A DNA stretch of 64,000 nucleotides. Origin: Gemmatimonadales bacterium. GTDB taxonomy: Bacteria > Gemmatimonadota > Gemmatimonadetes > Gemmatimonadales > GWC2-71-9. The number at the start of each line of letters is the position of its first letter. The stretch's first letter is position 1. The position numbers and the translations under genes were made by a program. The stretch covers positions 320,001-384,000 of the forward strand of contig JBBCJC010000001.1 of the NCBI GenBank assembly GCA_037189525.1, given 5' to 3'. Shown here in pieces: positions 61,127-64,000 of the stretch. The notes under the pieces are model-generated. The model was not told the origin of the DNA. It did not search any database and saw nothing but the letters and a program-made list of their open reading frames with translations.

Positions 61127-61173
61127 GGGTTGCCGGATGCCTAACCGCGGGCATCCCGGCCAATATCACGCGG

Positions 61174-61692
61174 TCAGCGTCGCCCGCCGCGGTCCCTGTC
61201 TCCTTTGGGCCGAGTCTTTTCCCGCTCGACGGCGGCGGCCTCGGCCCGGCGGATCATCTTCTCGGGGCTGATCGGATTTGCGCCCGGACGGGGGGCGCCC
61301 ATCTTGAGCGAGATCTGCCCTGCGTCGTCGGTCGAAACCGTCACCGGTCGCCCGCCGCGAACTTCGTAGACACCGAGCACTTCCTCACCGACGGTCGCAC
61401 CGGGCTTGATCCGCTCGATCAGGGCCTCCCGGTTGGCAAATCCCTCCAACGACAGGAATTTGACGCCGCTCGCCCCCTGGATCCTGATCAGGGCGGCAAA
61501 CCGGGACCCGCTCAACGCGCGGATCGACCGAAGATCCGTTCCTTTGGCCAACTCACGTGCCCACCGGGTGGCCTCCTGCTCCTGCGCCGACAACGGCTGC
61601 GCCGGCGCGGCACCGGACTCCGGTCCACGCTTCTGCTGCTTCCGCTCCTGGCTCTTACGGAGCCGTTGGAGATACTCTGGTTCGTCCGACAC
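61174..61692 (-). CDS. Hypothetical protein
   Basis: GTG start after GAGGA. Fills the gap between co-oriented genes and is followed by a terminator. Confidence 0.7.
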   Translation of the reverse strand: MSDEPEYLQRLRKSQERKQQKRGPESGAAPAQPLSAQEQEATRWARELAKGTDLRSIRALSGSRFAALIRIQGASGVKFLSLEGFANREALIERIKPGATVGEEVLGVYEVRGGRPVTVSTDDAGQISLKMGAPRPGANPISPEKMIRRAEAAAVEREKTRPKGDRDRGGRR

Positions 61693-61796
61693 GGGGTAAT
61701 TCCTCTACCTTGTTAGTCTGGTAGGATAAGAGGACGATAGAGAGGACGAAAGGCCCGTCCGCCATCGTACCCCAGCTACCGCCGGACTTTTCGCGG

Positions 61797-63140
61797 TCAG
61801 CGAGCGTCGCCAGGCCCCTCGAGCCGCCGCACCAGTTCGCTCGACGGTTCGGGACCGCGCCGGACCTCGATTTCGGCCGCCGCACCGATCCGGAACCAGA
61901 CGGCGCCTCCCTGCGGCGCGGCCCGCAACGCCTTCGGCGTCGGGTGCAGGAACAGCCCGGTCGCATCCAGCGTATCGATGGCCACCGCGCGCTGGAGATC
62001 GCCGACCTCCCGAACCCGTCCCCCGGTCCGCGCCACCGCGTCGTCGAAATTGATCGCCACATCCGCGACGAAGGGCGCCGCGCCCGGCAGGACGACCTTG
62101 CCACCGAGCACCAGCAGGTCGTTCGCGCCCCCGGCGTTGAAGGGCAGATCATCGTACCAGGCCGCCGAAGCCCGTGCGTACCCGCCGGTCGCAATGGCAT
62201 CCAGGGCCGCGAGGATCCCGCCCACATGGAGCGCCCGCAGTCGCTGCTTCTGCGGATCGTCGGGCAGCGCGCCGCTTTCGATCAGGACCGTGCTGGTGCC
62301 CCACTGCTGCATCAGGTCGCCAAAGGCGCGCGGATTGAAGCCGTCGTCGTACTTGGCAATCCGACCCGGAATTTCCGATTCGAACGTCTTGGCGAGGGTG
62401 GCGGCGACCAAACGGGCCCGGGTGCGCACCTCGTTGTAGTTCCGCTCCGCATCGAACGGCGGGGCCAGCAGCGCAATGCCCGCCTGGCGGCCGCCCTGCC
62501 CGACCCGGCTGCGGGCGTTCTGGTCATGCAGATTGAAACCGAACTGCGGATTGAACCGGTCGCGGAAGGTCTTGAGCGTCTGCCCTTCCGGCGTGGACAG
62601 GCGACGGGCATCCCGATTGATGTCGATACCCCAGGCATTTTCCCGCTGGAACAACTCGGCGCCATCGGGGTTGAGCATGGGGATGAACGCAACGGTCAGC
62701 TGGCTCCGCAGCCGCTCCCGGAGCGAATCCCCTTCGGCTTCGGCCAGAAACCGGAAGATATCCGCCAGGGCCATCGACGCCGTCGACTCGTCGCCGTGCA
62801 TCTGCGACCACAAGAGGACTGTAGTGGGACCGGTGCCGTAGGTAATCGCCCGAATGGGGCGTCCCTGAACCGACTTGCCAATCTCCTCGGTACGGAAAAC
62901 CGGGGAGGCGAGTGACGGCTCCAGCGCCTTCCAGTAGGTTGCATGATTGAAGCGACGCCCGCTGATCGCATCGACCCGATAGCGGCCTGCCAGTTCGAGC
63001 CCGGTCTTCGCATCCATCGTCGTGGGCGGCGCCTCTGAAGCCGGGCTGGGTTTGGCCTGGTCAGAACCGCAGGAGGCCAGTCCAGGCAGCGTGACGGCGA
63101 CAGCGAGCGTGAGGCGAAGGGATCGGGCACGAAGGGGCAT
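61797..63140 (-). CDS. M14 zinc carboxypeptidase-family lipoprotein
   Basis: Lipobox LASC, MHGDE, LNPDG, DINRD, NLHDQ and LIESG. Confidence 0.9.
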   Translation of the reverse strand: MPLRARSLRLTLAVAVTLPGLASCGSDQAKPSPASEAPPTTMDAKTGLELAGRYRVDAISGRRFNHATYWKALEPSLASPVFRTEEIGKSVQGRPIRAITYGTGPTTVLLWSQMHGDESTASMALADIFRFLAEAEGDSLRERLRSQLTVAFIPMLNPDGAELFQRENAWGIDINRDARRLSTPEGQTLKTFRDRFNPQFGFNLHDQNARSRVGQGGRQAGIALLAPPFDAERNYNEVRTRARLVAATLAKTFESEIPGRIAKYDDGFNPRAFGDLMQQWGTSTVLIESGALPDDPQKQRLRALHVGGILAALDAIATGGYARASAAWYDDLPFNAGGANDLLVLGGKVVLPGAAPFVADVAINFDDAVARTGGRVREVGDLQRAVAIDTLDATGLFLHPTPKALRAAPQGGAVWFRIGAAAEIEVRRGPEPSSELVRRLEGPGDAR

Positions 63141-63315
63141 CGGCACGGGGATTCTCGCGGAAAAGGTCGGAAGGGAACGCCGGCCTAATGTGCGCCGTTC
63201 TGCCGACATGGGCAAGCGCACGCGACAGGGCCACGTCTCCCGCGGCATCCGGCGCTCGACGGACGGGTTTGTTGGGCTCCCCGAGCGACTCGACCCAGCC
63301 TGACACCGGAGCGAT

Positions 63316-63357
63316 TTGCGCTTTCGTACCACGATATATACAATCAATTGCGCAATT
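63316..63357 (+). promoter_or_regulatory. Promoter and palindromic operator of the phosphotriesterase gene
   Basis: TTGCGC-17-TACAAT, then AATTGCGCAATT (63346-63357) over the expected TSS. Confidence 0.65.
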
Positions 63358-63394
63358 ACATGAGGGTCCGTCCCGAGACTCAATAGGGGGCACG

Positions 63395-64000
63395 GTGACG
63401 ACACGGCGGGCGTTTATTGGGGACGCGGGTCGGCTGACAGTCACGGCAGTCGCCGGCCCCGCGCTGGGGGTGTTCGAAGCCGTCAACCGGACCGCGGCGA
63501 ATCGGCGCGTCCATACCGTGACCGGCCCGGTCGATGCGCAGCAACTGGGATTTACGCTCCCGCACGAACACATCGCGGTGCGAAGCGCGGGGCTGTTCGA
63601 TGCTTGGCCGGAGCTCTTCGGCCCGCGCGCCCGATTCGTCGATCGGGTTGTCACACGACTCAAAGCCCTGCGAGCGGCGGGAGTCGCCACCATCGTCGAG
63701 GTCACACCCAGCGATCTCGGCCGTGATGTCCGCCTGCTGCGCGAGGTCTCGCGCAAATCCGGTGTTCGCATCGTCGCCTGCACCGGACACTGGCTCACGC
63801 CCTCGCCGTCGATGGCGGCGCGGTCGATGGAGGAGCTGACCGACTTCTTCGTGCTGGAACACAGCCGAGGCCTCGACGGCACCGGAATCAAACCCGGCGT
63901 GATCAAGATCGCCTCCGATCGCGAGGTCACCCCGTTCCTCGACAAAGCACTCCGGGCCGCCGCCCGGGCAGGCAAGCAGACAGGGCTTCCGGTCACGACG
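63395..64000 (+). CDS. Phosphotriesterase (OPH/Opd-like) with Tat signal, truncated by the window end
   Basis: GTG after AGGGGG, then TRRAFI, TVTGPV, GFTLPHEH, DLGRDV, GVIKIA and TGLPVTT. Not in the ORF track because no stop occurs. Confidence 0.92.
   Translation, partial: MTTRRAFIGDAGRLTVTAVAGPALGVFEAVNRTAANRRVHTVTGPVDAQQLGFTLPHEHIAVRSAGLFDAWPELFGPRARFVDRVVTRLKALRAAGVATIVEVTPSDLGRDVRLLREVSRKSGVRIVACTGHWLTPSPSMAARSMEELTDFFVLEHSRGLDGTGIKPGVIKIASDREVTPFLDKALRAAARAGKQTGLPVTT

Noticed and set aside
61700..61760. Hammerhead-like look of the AGAGGACGA direct repeat ending in GACGAAA
   Set aside because: The CUGANGA core and the three stems are absent. Probably promoter-region sequence.

Overview
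A GC-rich bacterial chromosomal segment with about 55 genes. The gene content and style suggest Gemmatimonadota (inference only). No rRNA, tRNA, CRISPR array, transposase or integrase was seen. Bases 1-9.3 kb are accessory genes: a serine hydrolase, an ankyrin protein with a structured 5' leader, an AAC(2')-like GNAT plus a decayed paralogue, an amidohydrolase, a MarR-GNAT fusion and a di-heme cytochrome. Core-type loci follow: tlpA-tsaD-lgt; a minus-strand run of tamA/bamA-like, tamB, dagK, atypical NtrC, Zn-finger, HAD, CYTH, hypothetical and acpS; dacB-pduO-aroB; a short RpoD-like sigma factor preceded by a repeat- and DnaA-box-rich region; lonN-glcDEF-ygfZ; and an AAA+/VWA pair. Next come an Xre-RES toxin-antitoxin module, an arsR-arsM-phosphoesterase-(pseudo)aquaporin cluster, many secreted peptidases and hydrolases, and a truncated Tat-exported phosphotriesterase close to OPH. 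The most intriguing signals are (i) a promoter-defined, strongly base-paired leader RNA upstream of the ankyrin gene, (ii) an apparently over-represented GTTAGGC/GCCTAAC motif embedded in coding sequence and clustered with DnaA-like boxes at 26.8-27.0 kb, (iii) the OPH-like enzyme and (iv) a triply degenerate NtrC-type regulator. Start codons were chosen by eye, and family calls come from motif recognition, not database searches.
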